A DNA stretch of 64,000 bases, taken from positions 93,372,001-93,436,000 of the forward strand of contig OX597816.1 in the NCBI GenBank assembly GCA_951406725.2, given 5' to 3'. The translations under genes and the position numbers were made by a program. Within the stretch, counting starts at the first letter, position 1, and each line of letters opens with the position of its first letter. Shown here piece after piece: positions 39,930 to 54,400 of the stretch. This DNA is from Octopus vulgaris. Lineage: Eukaryota. The notes beneath the pieces were generated by a model, which did no database searches, was not told the DNA's origin, and saw nothing but the letters and a program-made list of their open reading frames with translations.

Positions 39930-40322
39930 GATGACTGGCATCCATGCTAGTGGAGCACTAAGAGCACCATCCGAGCATGATCGTTGCCAGAGTGGCTAAC
40001 TGGCATTCATGCTGGTGATACGTAAAAAGCACCATTCAAGCATGATCATTACCAGTGTCACTTTACTGGCACTTGTGTCGGTGTGCAGGTGACACATAAA
40101 AAAAACATGATTTCCCGTGACCATTGCCAGTACCGCCTGACTGGCCCTCATGCCAGTGGAACATAAAAGCACCCATCACACTCTCGGAGTGGTTGGCGTT
40201 AGGAAGGACATCCAGCTGTAGAAACTCTGCCAAACCAAGGTTGGACCTGGTGCAGCCATCTGGTTCGCCAGTCCTCAGTCAAATCATCCAGCCCATGCTA
40301 GCATGGAAAACGGATATCAAAC

Positions 40323-40330
<8 letters not shown>
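39930..40330 (+). mobile_element. SINE body with internal repeats and RTE-type tail ending (GAT)n
   Basis: GAGTGGTTGGCGTTAGGAAGG..CATCCAGCTGTAGAAAC..CCCATGCTAGCATGGAAAACGGA. The same tail occurs at about 4680-4815 and 54620-54750 and on the LINE at 62440. Confidence 0.75.
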
Positions 40331-40387
<57 letters not shown>

Positions 40388-42390
40388 GGAGGAGGAGGAG
40401 GAGGAGGAGGAGGAGGAGGAGTATTGGTCTAAACAACAAAACAGCAATGTCAATAAAGATTTCTTACTGAGGCTTGATACAAACTTTGTAGAAGAGTTAT
40501 AATTGATTATTCCGAACCTACTACTACTGCAACTTCTACTGCTATTGCTGCTGATGGTACTATGGCTGCAACTTGCAATAGAGGATATCTTGGTAAGAGT
40601 ATATACCAGACCTTTGCTTCAGGCTTTTAGGTAGATTTTTGTCCCTCCTACCTTTGATTCAGAGGAATATCCATGATGTGACAGCTAGAGAGAGAGAAAG
40701 AGAACTGCCCCAACACAGAGATAATATTTTATTTACCAGCATTTGAAAGGATGAAAGGAAATGTTGACCTTGGTGGGATTTGAACAGAGAGCTGGGATAA
40801 ACATCCCTATTCATTATATTAGCTTATCTAAGAATTTACCAATAATCTTTCATCAACAAAATATATTCACCAACAGGTTGTCCCTCTAGTGAGTTCAGAG
40901 AATGGCAAAATTGAAGTTGGGATGATAACATCTTTGCAAAAGATATTACAAAATTTTCCAGCATACAACTTGATGTAGTAAATAGTGTAAACAAGTAGTA
41001 TAAACATTCAAACATTGTCTCCATCTTTCCACTCCTGTTGCATTTCACATGGAATTTTTGATCCTCCAAAGGCATTATGGTGTATAAATGTACTACCTTT
41101 TTTGGTTGTAAATTTCAGTCTGAAAACTTCATAATGTATCCTGGAAAATATGGTAACAGAGAAAGTTAAACAGCTGTTGTTTATTTGATGACAAGTTTCA
41201 ACCACTGCACTATAGACATCCTGGGATGCCATCACTGACCCCAGAACTAATTTCAGTCTGCTTTACTGATCTTCATTTGTCAAATGCCTAATTTGCAGAA
41301 CATAAAGGTGGCAGTATCAACACAAAATCAGGTTTAACAACTGTACAGTCTCAGAAAAAACAAACATGTGCTTACAGATACTCACCTATACAGCTATATG
41401 CATGCATGAAAATTTACATTTATTCCAATAATAATTGGAGCACTTGGTTTTTTAAGAAAATGCTTAACTGTCAGTCTGGATAGGCTTGAATTTTCAGAAA
41501 AAGAAATCAACCAACTGACTTACACATTACAAATAGAATCTGTAAGCAGAACAGTAAGACTATGCAAGATTTTTCTCAGGTTTAAAATGTGACATTATTT
41601 TCTTTATCTATGTTCCAATGATGGAGCTTTGTATCTTTGTTAGAAACCAGCTCCTTCTTCAGGGAAATAATTTAAATGATTAAAAATAGATGAGAAACAT
41701 AGGTGACTTGTCTATGGTCCCCACCATGATTATAAACACTAGAATCTCCACTAGCAGTCCTTCCACTAATCAGAACTTAAGAGTCCACTAAATTTTAACC
41801 ACACTAAACCACATACATATGCATATGTAGCCATACATGAGGATAATGGCTCAGGCACCCAACTAATCTACCCTCCAACAAACATACATATCAACCCTCG
41901 CAAAAAAAAGGCTTCCACACATATCACTGCCATTCAAATGTTGCTGGCTTCACAACTCATTCAAGATCAATTTTTTTTGTGTGTGTGCAAGAGACGTAAC
42001 TCATGACAGATCCCTCTCATGATTGCCTCCTACGACTTTGTTTCAGCACCCACATACTGCATGTGACTCTTTCTCACCTTCAGAAACCATTTGTTCCATA
42101 AAGCAATCTCTGGTAATTTGGTTATCTAATATCAGATGTGAAGCTTATTCATAAGATCAGCTCTAACAGATCAATAATACTGTATACTTTGATTAGTATG
42201 TTTGTGTGTATACATACATACATACATACATAGATATGTCATGCTGAATCTTCCTAAGAACTATATTAAGAGAAAGCGCGTCTGTGGAGTGCTCAGCCAC
42301 TCACATGTTAATTTCATAAGCATGCTGTTCTGTTGATCAGATCAACTGGAACACTTGTTGGAACTGACGAAGTGCCAATTATATATATAT

Positions 42391-45300
42391 GATGGCCGTC
42401 CACTCGTGACCGAGGAAGACCATTGCCGACCTTCAGGAACATTGTGCGCTCTAGGACTAACTTAGATTTTGCATTTGTGGCTCCGTTGGTGGCTAATGAG
42501 CCCTGCTCTTGACAAGCATAAACGACTGCAAACATTGCAGACCAAGCTTTTCCCATTCACTATACGAGCCGTGCGCTTTCACGCAGCTCGCTTAAGTTCT
42601 TCATGCTGGATACGTGCTCTCTCAAAAGTGTCGATCCCCTCCTTAACCTGCTTATTCCATCTGTGGTGATGACAGGCATTGTTCTCCCAGTCAGTGTCCT
42701 GCATATCAAAGGCCTTTAACAAGGACTTGACACAGTCCTTAAATTGCAGCCTTGGTTTCTGCCGGAGTCTCCTTCCATTCACAAGTTCTCCATAGAGCAT
42801 CTGCTTAGAAATCCTTCTATCCTCCATTCTAATAAGGTGTCCAGTCCAACGCAACCGGTGCTTGTGTACCATCACCTCAATAATCAAGATATCAGCTGTC
42901 CTCAGGATCTGTGTGGCTGGAATTTTTGAGGTCCAGCCAACATTGAGAATGTGTTTGAGACATCTCTGATGAAAACGTTCAAGGACCCTTACCTGACGTT
43001 TGTACAGAGTCCATGTCTCACATGAGTAGAGAAGCGATGTCAGTACACAAGCACGGTACACAACAACTTTTGTTCTCCTTGCGATGCCATGTTGGGACCA
43101 GACACGAGACTGAAGAGACCGGAAGGAATTAGTTGCTCTCTGCAACCTGAAAGATATTTCTTCATCCAGGGAGCAAGAACGGCTGAGTGTGCTGCCCAGG
43201 TAGTCAAACTTGTCTACTACCTTCAGAATTGTTCCTTCAACCAAGATAGCTGGTTCTATATATGGATTTCCTGGTGCAGGCTGGAACATTACAACAGTCT
43301 TGTCCAGGCTAATGCTGAGTCCAAATATCCTGCAAGAAGCAGAAATGCAATTCATGAGCATTTGCATGTCATCCACTGTATGAGTGACTAAGTCACAGTC
43401 ATCTGCATAAAGGAGGTCACGAATAATAGACTGGGAAACCTTTGAATTGGCAGCAAATCGGCGTAGATTAAAGAGGCGGTCAGAAGATCGATATCTGACA
43501 TATATATTTCCAGAGAGCTAACCTTAGCAAAAGCATGAGTAAAAGCAGCAGCAAAGTACAAAGAAAAGAGAGTTGGGGCAAGGATGTCACCCTGCTTGAT
43601 ACCATTCTCTACAGGAATGGGTCCCGCCATGGCACTACCAACATTGACCCAAGCCTCCATCCCATCATGAAATGATTTAATTATAAATACAAAGTGATCT
43701 GGACATTCAAGTTTGCCAAGTATTTTCCATAGAAAGGCCCTATTTACAGTATCAAAGGCCTTAGTTAAATCAATGAATACCTGGACAAGATCCATATTCT
43801 GCTCATAGCATTTCTCCTGCATCTGTCTTGCTGTGAAAATCATATCCATTCTCCCTCTACCAGATCGGAAGCCACATTGAGATTCAGATAGGACATCATT
43901 TACGAGACACCCATTCAGACGGGTAAGAAGAATATTTGCCAGAACCTTGCCAGCAGCTGAGAGTAGAGCAATACCTCTGTAGTTACCACACATTGTTCTG
44001 GCTCCTTTTCCTTTATATAGAGGAAGAATAATTGCATCCTTCCAGTCCTTAGGGATTGCACCATCCCTCCAGACTGCACTAATAAGTTCATGAAGGGACT
44101 GTGTGATGCAATTACCACCAAATCGCAAGACCTCAGCACAAATTCCATTCTTTCCAGGTGCCCTACCAAGATTCAATTTACTTATTGATGTCATTACTTC
44201 ATGTATTGATGGCGAGGAGTCTAAGGAGTCAATGATAGGTCTTTGTTTCATAGTATCAATCACTGTTTCATCCACAACTGACTCATGGTTTAGGAGTTCA
44301 AAGAAGTGTTCGATCCAGCGACCTGTGATTTCTGTTGATTTAGTAAACAGAGTGGAAGACTCCTTGGAAAGCAAAGGAGCTGATGTGGAGCTCTTAGGTT
44401 CATAAGCTCGCTTCATAAGATGGTAAAGCTTCTTGCTGTCATTTGCATCAGCAGCAGCCTGAACATCACGAGCAAGATCCTCCCATCAAGTGTTCTGCAT
44501 CTTCCTGAGAGATCGCTGCAGTAGTGATTTTACACTGGGCAAGTGCTAGACTTCGCTGCACAGTAGACAGTTCTCTGTGCAGCAACACACTGTGGGCATG
44601 GTGCTTCCCCACTAATAGTCGTTGAATTCCAGCATCATTCTCATCAAACCAGTCTCTGTGTCTGGCAGTAACATACCCCAGTGTTTCGGCTGCACATTCA
44701 ACAACCTGGTCTTGAAAATCTTCCCATGCTGCAGCAGTTTCAATGCTGGACAAGCGAGTCTGAACAGGGAGCTCTTCCAACTTCTTCAGGATATTAGATC
44801 GGACTGCAAAACCAACACCAGCCTCTCTGCGCTCCTCCTTCTGCCTTCCTTTCCAAAAAAAGGTGTATCTGCCTCCTACTTCCTCAAACTGACCATCACC
44901 TTCTATACGAGTCTCTGAGAGTGCAGCTATATCAATTTTATAACGGTTCAGCTCACGAGCAACAAGTGCAGTGCATCTTTCAGGCCTCCAATCACTCTTG
45001 TTGTTCAACAGAGTACGTACATTCCAACATGAAATGTTTAAGTTCCGTCCAGATTTTATAGATAAAAGACTCTTTGTTTTTCGAGCGCAGGGTGGACATC
45101 CGTCAGGCGTGCTAAACTGACCAGATATGGAAAGACAGGCAATTTTTGGTTCACCTTTTCTAGAACCTCCCCGGTCTCCAGGTGAGCAGTGCCCTCTCCA
45201 AATGGAGCTGCTCAGACACCCATGCAGCAACCGAATCCTACCGCTGTCTTGGGCAACAAGGAGACGACTTTATATCTAGCATGGGCCACCTACGAGCAGG

Positions 45301-45969
45301 TCACTGACTACATGCTTCCAACCCATCAGGTCTGCATGCTTCACCACCTTCCCATCGCTGCAGGACTTCCGAATATAAAAAAAATGTACTAAAAATGAAG
45401 AAAATATATACTAAAAATAAGATAGATATATATAGAATAACAAAAAAAAAAAGAGACCGGCAATGCCTGTGCAGAGTTTTAGGTCCAATAAGGCTTGCAC
45501 AACACCTCATAGACCCTCTCCACTTTATTGACATTATCCAGAGACAAACCGGAGCAAGATGTCTGGTGCCAATATGAGTTGCAGGCTCAGGGATGTGGGA
45601 GCGCCATGATCTGTAGCACAAACCAAAGATCCCCAAAATGTTCAATGCCATTCCCTGCATATCTGGTTTTACATCAGAGTGACCTTCTAGAGACGTGCTT
45701 TAACAAAATCTGAGGGGTGCCTCACTCCCAGTGGTCTTTCAGCACGCCGGACACCACCTCGGAATTTCTATGTACTCATGCTAACATTTATTGGATGGCC
45801 GTTGACTCTCAAGAGGTCCTCTGCCCTTTGACGGGTTTTGCTTTTCATCCCGCAGGGTGTCCAATAAACATCCTCCTCATCAAGCAAGCTTGGTGGGGTT
45901 GCCGGTTTAGTCGCCGACGACCCGACCATGCAACAGGTTGTACTGGGTTACATGTTACCAGTAGCACCC
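42391..45969 (-). mobile_element. RTE-clade LINE with long 5' UTR; internal deletion in the APE domain; frameshifts
   Basis: SCWNVRTL, IDIAALSETR, NYRGIALLS, SESQCGFR, FIDLTKAFD, KQGDILAPTLF, RLRWTGHLIRM. Confidence 0.95.
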
Positions 45970-46116
45970 ATGAAATATACAACCAAAAGAGCTACTAATA
46001 GTTTCATGCCATTATGATACTTGAACATATTTAATAGCAAACCATCTTTCTCTTCATCTTTTACTCTGAAAGCAACTGGAGGTGGCAGGCACTAACAGTT
46101 GCCAGTCAAAATTCCC

Positions 46117-46149
<33 letters not shown>

Positions 46150-46563
46150 TGTGCATGCATGTGTGCATGTGCGCGTGTGCATGTGTGTGTATGTACAGTG
46201 ATGGGTTTGAGGGTTTTGTTTACTTACGAATTGATTTCTTTATTTCACCACAGTATAAATACCTATAATGGTGAGACTTAAAAAGAAATAATAATTAATT
46301 CAGTTCAATTAAAAAGCATGGGTAAGCAATGCATTGTAAGCCACACTATAATTAGCGAAAACATTTATCTGCGTGCAGGGTATACATTGCCCCTCCAATG
46401 CCATTTTTCATTATTATTATTATTATTACTATTATTAAATTGGTTTGGCTCAGGTTTGGTCTTATTCCTGGTCGGAATTATGTGGATAGCAGATTACTAC
46501 CTGTAACCTTAGGTATCCACAAGTTTTCAACAGTCTTTCAAATGCTTATTATTATCATTATTA

Positions 46564-46656
<93 letters not shown>

Positions 46657-46862
46657 GTTACAGTCAGCATCCCATTTTTATGTCCTGAGCTTCTTTGTTA
46701 AAAGTGTAGGTCAGTTAATTTTCAGTGTAGGTCAGTTAATTGGAAATCTGAATGTTCACTTTTCCAGCCAACAAATACAAAAGGAACCTAGGGTATTGAA
46801 ATGGAATTCTGACTATAAGTTACATAATAAATGGTAATTTACACTCTCTTTCTCTGTCTGCC

Positions 46863-46921
<59 letters not shown>

Positions 46922-47719
46922 ATATATATATATGTGTGTGTGTAGATATATGTGTGTATGTATATCTATATATGTTTATATATAAGCAGATATATAAGTA
47001 TCTACGTGTGTGTGTGTGTGTAATTAATATGATATATTATGTTTTATTTTATTGATTTTATTGAAATTATAGTGGTTAAAACTTTTGAAGCATTTTATTC
47101 TTGTAATTTTTTTTCTTCTTTTCATTTGATACATTGATAAATAGATATTATAGTTTTATGTAACTCATCAATCTTATACAATTTGTTTCCTCTCTAAGAA
47201 TCTATCATCATTTTGCCAATATATACCATAAATCATTTTCTCACAAGAACAATATATAACACTTCGTTAGAAACACTAGAAATATTCAGTTGATCTAAGT
47301 TGAATTTTGACAGTAATTATAAGACTTTTTCCCTTACTTTTTACAAATTCCAGAACATATGAATTCTGACAATAAGTGTTGTTTATCAAGACAAAGTGAA
47401 CAATTAACAGTGTCACCAATGAATGCATTTGTTTTAGCTGACAAAAACCTACGAGGGAAAAAATGAGGTGAATTATTCATATGATTAATACAAACTTCTG
47501 TGTTTTCTTTCCTCATTTATCATGGCTATGCAGAAATACTATATAAATATCTGTACTCATTGATACTACAAATTAAATGCAAGCAGCTCTATATCCTTGC
47601 ATAATAGTGTTTAAATCAACTAGTCCCAAAAATGATTGCAATGTATCTGGAAGTAGGTACTATGAGAACACATACGTAGTGATGGGAAAGGAAATGGAAG
47701 GAGGCAGTTGGCCATGCAG

Positions 47720-48141
47720 GTATTTGGTTAGCAAAATGTGGAACCTGAAGACTAAAACAATACCTGTTGTCATAGGTGCCCTGGGAATGATAGCAAAAGG
47801 GGCTGATTGCTACCTAGCTCAGATACCAGGAAACCCCAAAATGGCAGAAATTCAAACGATAGTGCTCAAGGGAACTGCTCATATCCTACGCAAAATAGTT
47901 TCTATGTAATCTCAAGTTTTAAAACAAGCATAATTTTCTTATGGTTTCTTAAACATTCTCTAGAACAACACTATGTACAAAACCAAATATATGGCATCCT
48001 AGGCATAACACCTACATGAACTTCCAACTTGTTGTCTCTTGAGGTCTCTGGGTGAGACTTGGAGCCAACTTGTGCAAATGTAAAGCAAAAGTCAAACATA
48101 AAATAATAATAATAATAATGATAATAATAATAATAATAATA

Positions 48142-48197
<56 letters not shown>
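47720..48197 (+). mobile_element. Dong/R4 3' end (RLE C-terminus, 3' UTR, (TAA)n)
   Basis: KMWNLKTKTIPVVIGALG..IQTIVLKGTAHILRK followed by a long (TAA)n, the known Dong-type target/tail. Confidence 0.85.
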
Positions 48198-48415
48198 CAT
48201 CTTTTCTACTAAAGGTACAAGGCCTGAAATTTTGGGGGAGGAGATTAGTCAATTACATCAATCTCAGTACTCCACTGGTACTTAATTTATTGACCCCCAA
48301 AAGGATGAAAGCTGAAGTCAACCTTGGTGGAATTTAAACTCAGAATGTAGAGATCGGCAAAATACCACTAAGCATTTCATCCAGTGTGCTAACAATTCTG
48401 CCAGCTCACCCACTT
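48198..48415 (-). mobile_element. SINE (head as in 14270, alternative tail) in (AAT)n
   Basis: GGTACAAGGCCTGAAATTTTGGGG..GGATGAAAG..TTCTGCCAGCTCACC. Confidence 0.75.
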
Positions 48416-48449
48416 AATAATAATAATTATAAAGATTTTTTTATTTGCT

Positions 48450-48855
48450 GTTTCCTTAATGCAATATGATGCAAGTGTTGTTAGAAAGAATGGGCTTGAG
48501 GAAATGGATAAAAAAAATCAGGAATGTGATGGCAATTAACAAGGAGCTCCACCCAAAAAGCGATATTGATAGATTGTATGTGCCTAGGAACAAGAGAGGA
48601 AGAGGCCTCAGAGGATGCAAGATTTGTGTTGCCAACAAGAACAGTCAAGGATGGTACATCAAACAGCAGAGTGAATTCTTGTTTGCTGCTGTTAGAAATA
48701 ATGACATGATACCTACCGAAAATGTGATACACCCAAAAACATTTAAGAAACAAGATGAAGAAGGAAGACTAAACAATTGGAAAATGAAAACAACACATGG
48801 ACAATACATCACAGGAATCACAGGAAAGACGAGATCAACACCTGGAGATGGCTAA
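48450..48855 (+). mobile_element. Dong/R4 thumb-region fragment
   Basis: LHPKSDIDRLYVPRNKRGRGL; WKMKTTHGQY. Confidence 0.8.
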
Positions 48856-49480
48856 GAAAAAGTGCATATACTCCATCCCATGCAGCTGTGGTAGGTTATA
48901 CAAAGGCAAAACATGCCGCTCCCTCAAAATAAGGGTAGAGGAACATCGCAAAGCTGTGACAAGAGGAGATATTGATAAATCGGGTATAGCTGATCATGTA
49001 TGGAAAAATGGAGACCACCTTCCCCTGTAGGATGAAGTTAAAATAATAGACAAAGAACACCAGTGGAAAATACGAAAACTAAAAGAAGCAACACATATGC
49101 TAGGACACAACAACCTCCTAAGCAGACTGAGTGCAGATATGACTAGCATATGGGAACCAGTATTAAGGAAGGTTAGGAAAATATTAGATTTATAAACCCT
49201 AAACTTCACTCCATAATTGCCCACGGGCATATAGTGTAGTGGTTAAGAGCACGTGCTACTAACTCCAAGATTCTGAGTTCGATTCCAGGCAGTGACCTGA
49301 ATAATATTAATAATAATAATAACAACAACATGAGAACCCAGGTTTGAAATTTACCCAAGACAGCTGGAGGTTAGAGGGTGTATCAGATATAATCAGATAT
49401 AACAAAATGAGGACAAATATCTGTCAAATGTAGATAATGTAAATAATGTACATAATTCCTCATCTCTTAAATATAGAACT
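48856..49480 (+). mobile_element. Penelope-like element 3' part: GIY-YIG endonuclease remnant, tRNA-like box, terminal repeat
   Basis: CIYSIPCSCGRLYKGKTCRSLKIRVEEH..SGIADHVW; tRNA-like 49225-49295 (TAGTGTAGTGG, GTTCGATTCC); the 3' end matches 10105-10180. Confidence 0.8.
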
Positions 49481-49739
49481 TTCATTAAATTTTGATGTTT
49501 TGATGTGTCACTTCATCTTGAAATGTCTGTTGTTGAAGGGTGGTCATTGCAGCATCAGAACCCTTATTACCATATTTACAAATATACTTAATTTACTTTA
49601 TAAAATTACAATATTCAACATTTATGTGTGTTTTGAATATCTTAAACAAAAGAGTAAGGTACTATCCATTGATTACCAATTTTCGTTTCAAAACCTCCAC
49701 CCTTTGGTGCCATTCTTCGGTATGATGGATATCCATCAT

Positions 49740-51900
49740 TACTCCTTTGCGTTTCTTTAATGAAAATTTTAGTATAATGTTTCGTACACTTCTTGTCTTT
49801 CATGCAAGATGCAGTTGGACTAAAGTCACCGATTTTACAATTTCATAAATTTCTTTGTCTTTTGTGAGGTTTGGAATTTCTGCTGAGATTATGGAATCAA
49901 TCTCATCAGTTTGAATTTCGGCAAAAGCCAGATTAATATAAGTGTGTGAGATAGGCCTCCTTTTTTGCCATTCAATGGTATACATGTAGCAACAAACTGG
50001 TCGAAATATGTAAGGCTTAGTTATGAAGTCCATCAATTTCGAAACCTTCAGATGAAAAGTTCTTGCAATTAGGTCGTGTCTGTTGATGTATAACTGTCCT
50101 GGAAAAAATTAAGTTTGGATTTCGTTCCATTTGGGATTGCAAGTAAAAGTGATGAAAAGATCAGGACGTTCATAATTACGCACGTAAGTCGTGGCATCCT
50201 GTGTCCTCTCGAGCATATATCTTGGGCTTCCTGTAAAACTGGATGGGAAAATACATAATAATCCATACAAGATCCTGTTCTTCTGAAAGTGATTCTTCCA
50301 ACTTGTTGTGTACCAAAGTCCATCTTCTCCGTCAGCAAAAAGCAAGGGATAATGTAAAGCTTCATATGAATGATGAGTTTCATTTATGAACGTGATGCTA
50401 TTGTCATGATATTTCAAAACACTAACTCGTTTACCATGTTGTTCTCCAACCATTATAATAGCCACTTCATTACACTTAAGAACATTGAATTGACGGATAT
50501 GTTCTCCTGCTGGTCTTTTATTGGCATCAATGACAACTTGAAAGTCCGCAGTTGAAGTATATTCTAAAGCATACTGAATTCTTTTCGTGAAGCATTTCTT
50601 GCTGTTTAAAAATAAGTTCTAATCTTGTACTTGGACAATTCTTGTTGCAATACTGTGCTTCCTTTTGAATGTCACCTATAAAATATATTTGTAAAAATTG
50701 TGGATCTTTATTCTGTAAAGGCTTAAGAGAGCCAATTCTGCGATAAAATTGTCCTTGCACGTTAAAAGTCGGCATAAACCCACTTTCCCTAATAATTTTT
50801 GCCATAAATAATGTCATTTGAAAAGCACAATTGTACGCTCGAATATTTCTAAGAAAGTGTTTTGATTCTGAAGTGGTACTCAAAAGTTCTGGAGACTCAA
50901 TTATTTGTAAATGGACTTACCTTTAGAACAACACATGCCTAAAGATTCCTTGTCCCACTTCCCAGCGCCACACTTTTCACATGTTTTGCACATAGAGCCC
51001 AGGGAGACAATTTTTCAGATGCATAATTACGATTAGGATCATAATTAAATGCTAAGCCTTGCCATTGAAATCGTCTATACTTTTTCTGCTGATTTTTTCT
51101 GGAAATCTCTCCTTTTTGTCGTATTTTTCGGTAGCTTTCACTTTCTTGTTTTCTATTTATTCTGCCTTTTTCTCTCCTTTTTTGCAATCGTATTCTTTTG
51201 TCTTTTTTATTTTGTTGTACTTTTTTATTTCTATAATTTTCCATCTTTCTCTGCAATCTATTTCCCTCTCTTATCACCTTCTTGTTCTCTTGTCCTCTCA
51301 TATCCCCTCATTTTTTGCAACCTAACTTTCCGATGTATTTTTTTCTTTCTTCTACAGTTTTCATATTAAGTGTTTGAATTCTCATTCTTTTGTCTTTTTT
51401 TACTGTCTTATGATATTTCATTTCCTTCTACATTTCTTTTGCGTTCATGACTGTTTATGGGAAAGAGAGCATCGTAGTGGCCGTTGTCAATTTCGCCACT
51501 ATATAACACTGAAATCTTTCTTTCTGTAACTGTTCGACAACAAACGGTGAACAGAGGAAGAATAATTTCATCATTTTCGTGATGGACCTGAATTGCAACA
51601 TTGTACAATACCCTAATGGCAACTAATTCAACATTATCGCCATATGCTCCATCCCTACTCATGTATGCTTAGTATTCCTGCACTATACTATCAGGAATAA
51701 AAGAATGAAAGTACTTCCAATTATTGCATATGTATCGTACGGACTCTTTCCGGAGAGTTGAGTAATTTCTGTTGTTTTTGAGCAAGAGTGACACAGCTCT
51801 GAACATTGTTACCATCACCCATGACTTTATTAAAGGTGTGAATTGATGAATTAATGTAGTTATTGAATATTTTTTCAATAAATTCAGTAAGGGACTTCAC
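49740..51900 (-). mobile_element. Decayed autonomous-type Helitron: OTU-like cysteine protease + Rep domain
   Basis: OTU remnants VMGDGN..FRAVS..YGDNVEL..GHYDAL. Rep-region remnants NIRAYNCAFQMT, QGQFYRRIGSL, SFTGSPRYM..PDLFITFTCNPKW, YTIEWQKR. Confidence 0.88.
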
Positions 51901-53143
51901 CTTCAGTTTAAACTTTAGATGGTTTTGTGAACAGAATGTGATGGAAAATTGCAATACCAAAAGGGATAAGATAGCTAAGTCATCTTTGCGATAGATGAAT
52001 GAATGATTATAATTTTGTAAATAATAAAAACGAAATTAATAAGGTACTTCACGTTCAATGTTGACATGAGACGTCGTATTCGTCAAAAGAAAAGTAAATT
52101 GACTCTCAAGTATTTAACCGGCGATAACTTCTTTATCATCTGTTCATAAATGGAAAAAAAAAGGAATACTTCGGTTATTTCCGGAGAATTTCAGTTTAAA
52201 CGTCAAATACTTGTCTATAGATTTTTGAGTGTGTGTATGTGTGTGTTACAGAGAGAGTGAGACAGACAAATAATCATCAGGACCTGCCTATGATCACGTT
52301 GGTGCTTACAACCTACCTATTCTGTATCACAATGCAACAGATTAATATAACCGTTATATCACTCCCAAGTTCTTCTTGACCATATATTGTAGCATTTTCT
52401 AGTGGATCTTGTGGGCCTTGTGGATAATGTGCGGTACACCGTCTCAGCATGTTACCTCACCTTACCTTGGTTTGGAAAACCAAATGTAATACATGGAAAC
52501 TATAATATTCCATATATTAAACATGCTTCTTTAGAAATCATTCTGAAAGCTCATCCACCTTTTGATAGGCAGGAGCATATCACTTGACTTGTTGCCCTTT
52601 CTTCAATAAAACAGTCAGACAAGAAAACAGGTTTTATGACATATCTGTCCCATATGCTTTATTCTTCAGAGTGTTAATCCATGTTCAGAATTACCTTTTT
52701 GCAGGCAATATTGGAAAAATGTATATATCTTTTGTTACCATCTATATTGTGCCTTGTCTTTTCCGACATTTTTTTAATACAAATGTCTGCTTTACTTCTC
52801 TAAGTCTTGGCAGTTTTTCATTCTGTTTGTCAAATTTGTTTTTAAATGCATGTGCATATTTACAAGATGTACAAAAACCTGTATAAAATTGTCAAGAGCA
52901 TGTAAATCAGGCAAAGAAGATATGTTGCTACAAATGTAAACAATTATCTGCAAAATAAACCATAAATTTCCAAAAGCAAACCGTATTGTTTCTACTCCAA
53001 GCTAAAAAGAAAATAGAAAACAGATACTCAAATGTTCCAAAACGTAATAATCCAAAAATTATTTTTCCATTAAGTACAAATACAATAAATAATCTTACAC
53101 TTCTATAGTGTTCTGTTGAAATGCATTCCCTCTTCTCAAAAGT

Positions 53144-53197
<54 letters not shown>

Positions 53198-53209
53198 CAG
53201 TAGCAGCAG

Positions 53210-54400
53210 CAATATGGACAACTCACAAATGTTTATGAGGAATAACACTGAACTACAAAATCTTTTAAAAATTGTCCAACCTCATACTCATCATTATGTC
53301 CATAGATTTACAGAGGAGGAATATGAACTCAGACAAGCATTCCAATGCAACTTTAAGAGGAAACAAATTAACCAGTGCTGAGGAAATGATATTAGGAATA
53401 GACATTAAAATCACAACAATCACACACACTAGAACAGAGGAAACAGCTGGAAAAGTAAGAAAGAAATAGAAAAGAATGTTACAAAAGAGTTTGACTAATA
53501 TTAAAAATTGGATTCAATGCTAGAAATAAGATAATAGGTATATAAATGCTAGCCATGTCAGTTATAAACTCAAGTATTTGACTTCAGTATTATAAACTCG
53601 AGGCTAAATTAGTTGAAAAATTTGGACAGTAAAATCATAAAACAAGTGATAATATGCTAAATTCACCAATCGAAGCAGATACAGACAGAATATACCTAGC
53701 CTGCATATAAGGTGGATATGACACAAATAAAAAGAAACTACCATAAAATAACAAATATCAGACTGGAAAATACTTAGAAACAAAAAGCAGAAGATTGTAC
53801 TGAAGAAACATGAAAAAGAAAAAAAAAAACAACAAAAATTTTTTTTTCTATGTAGAAAGAAGCGATAAAATACAAAGCGGAAGCAAACTATACTGAAATG
53901 ATAAATTTAGATAACAATGCAACAAAATCGTTAGAGACAAAATATAAAGATGTAAAGAGAACTGCAAAACATACTAAAGAAAAAAATGGAGGGAAAAAAA
54001 ACCATGAGACTTGACACAAGAGTAGTTAAGAGAAAGCCAACAATGGCTCAAAAGTTCCAGACTACATGCAGAAACAGAACGATCGGTTCTAGATGCAAAA
54101 GAACAATACTGACTACAAGCAATTATAAGAACAAAGTAATAGAAACATTTCCAAACACCAAATGCAAAATATGCAACCAGCACATTAAGATACTTGACAA
54201 CGTTTTTGTAGACTGTGAAGAACTTACCAATTTCTGAATATGTACATAGGCATGATCAAGATGACAGCTATATCCATTGTGCAATATGCCAACAATTTAA
54301 TATAAAAACAGACAGGAAATTGTATAAATGTGTATCAAATACAGTATATAAGATCTGACCACAATCATCTAAGATATTCTCATTCAAATTGGCAATGGCT
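53210..54400 (+). mobile_element. Heavily decayed Dong/R4 fragment
   Basis: KCKICNQHIKILDNV..C..L followed by YVHRHD; upstream ADTDRIYL remnant. Confidence 0.55.

Noticed and set aside
39930-40180. Interspaced short repeats resembling a CRISPR array
   Set aside because: Internal degenerate repeats of a eukaryotic SINE (also at 54530-54620); no cas genes and a eukaryotic context.
41596-41672. Additional hammerhead (CUGAAGA..GGAGCU/AGCUCC)
   Set aside because: The GAAA core and stem III are degenerate; counted only as a decayed relic.
45890-45969. HDV-like ribozyme at the RTE 5' end
   Set aside because: A hairpin (TACTGG..CCAGTA) and a CTAA motif are present, but P1/P3/L3 could not be built; possibly truncated.
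49225-49295. Functional tRNA gene
   Set aside because: A and B boxes are present, but there is no pairing acceptor stem and no T-run terminator; a tRNA-derived relic.
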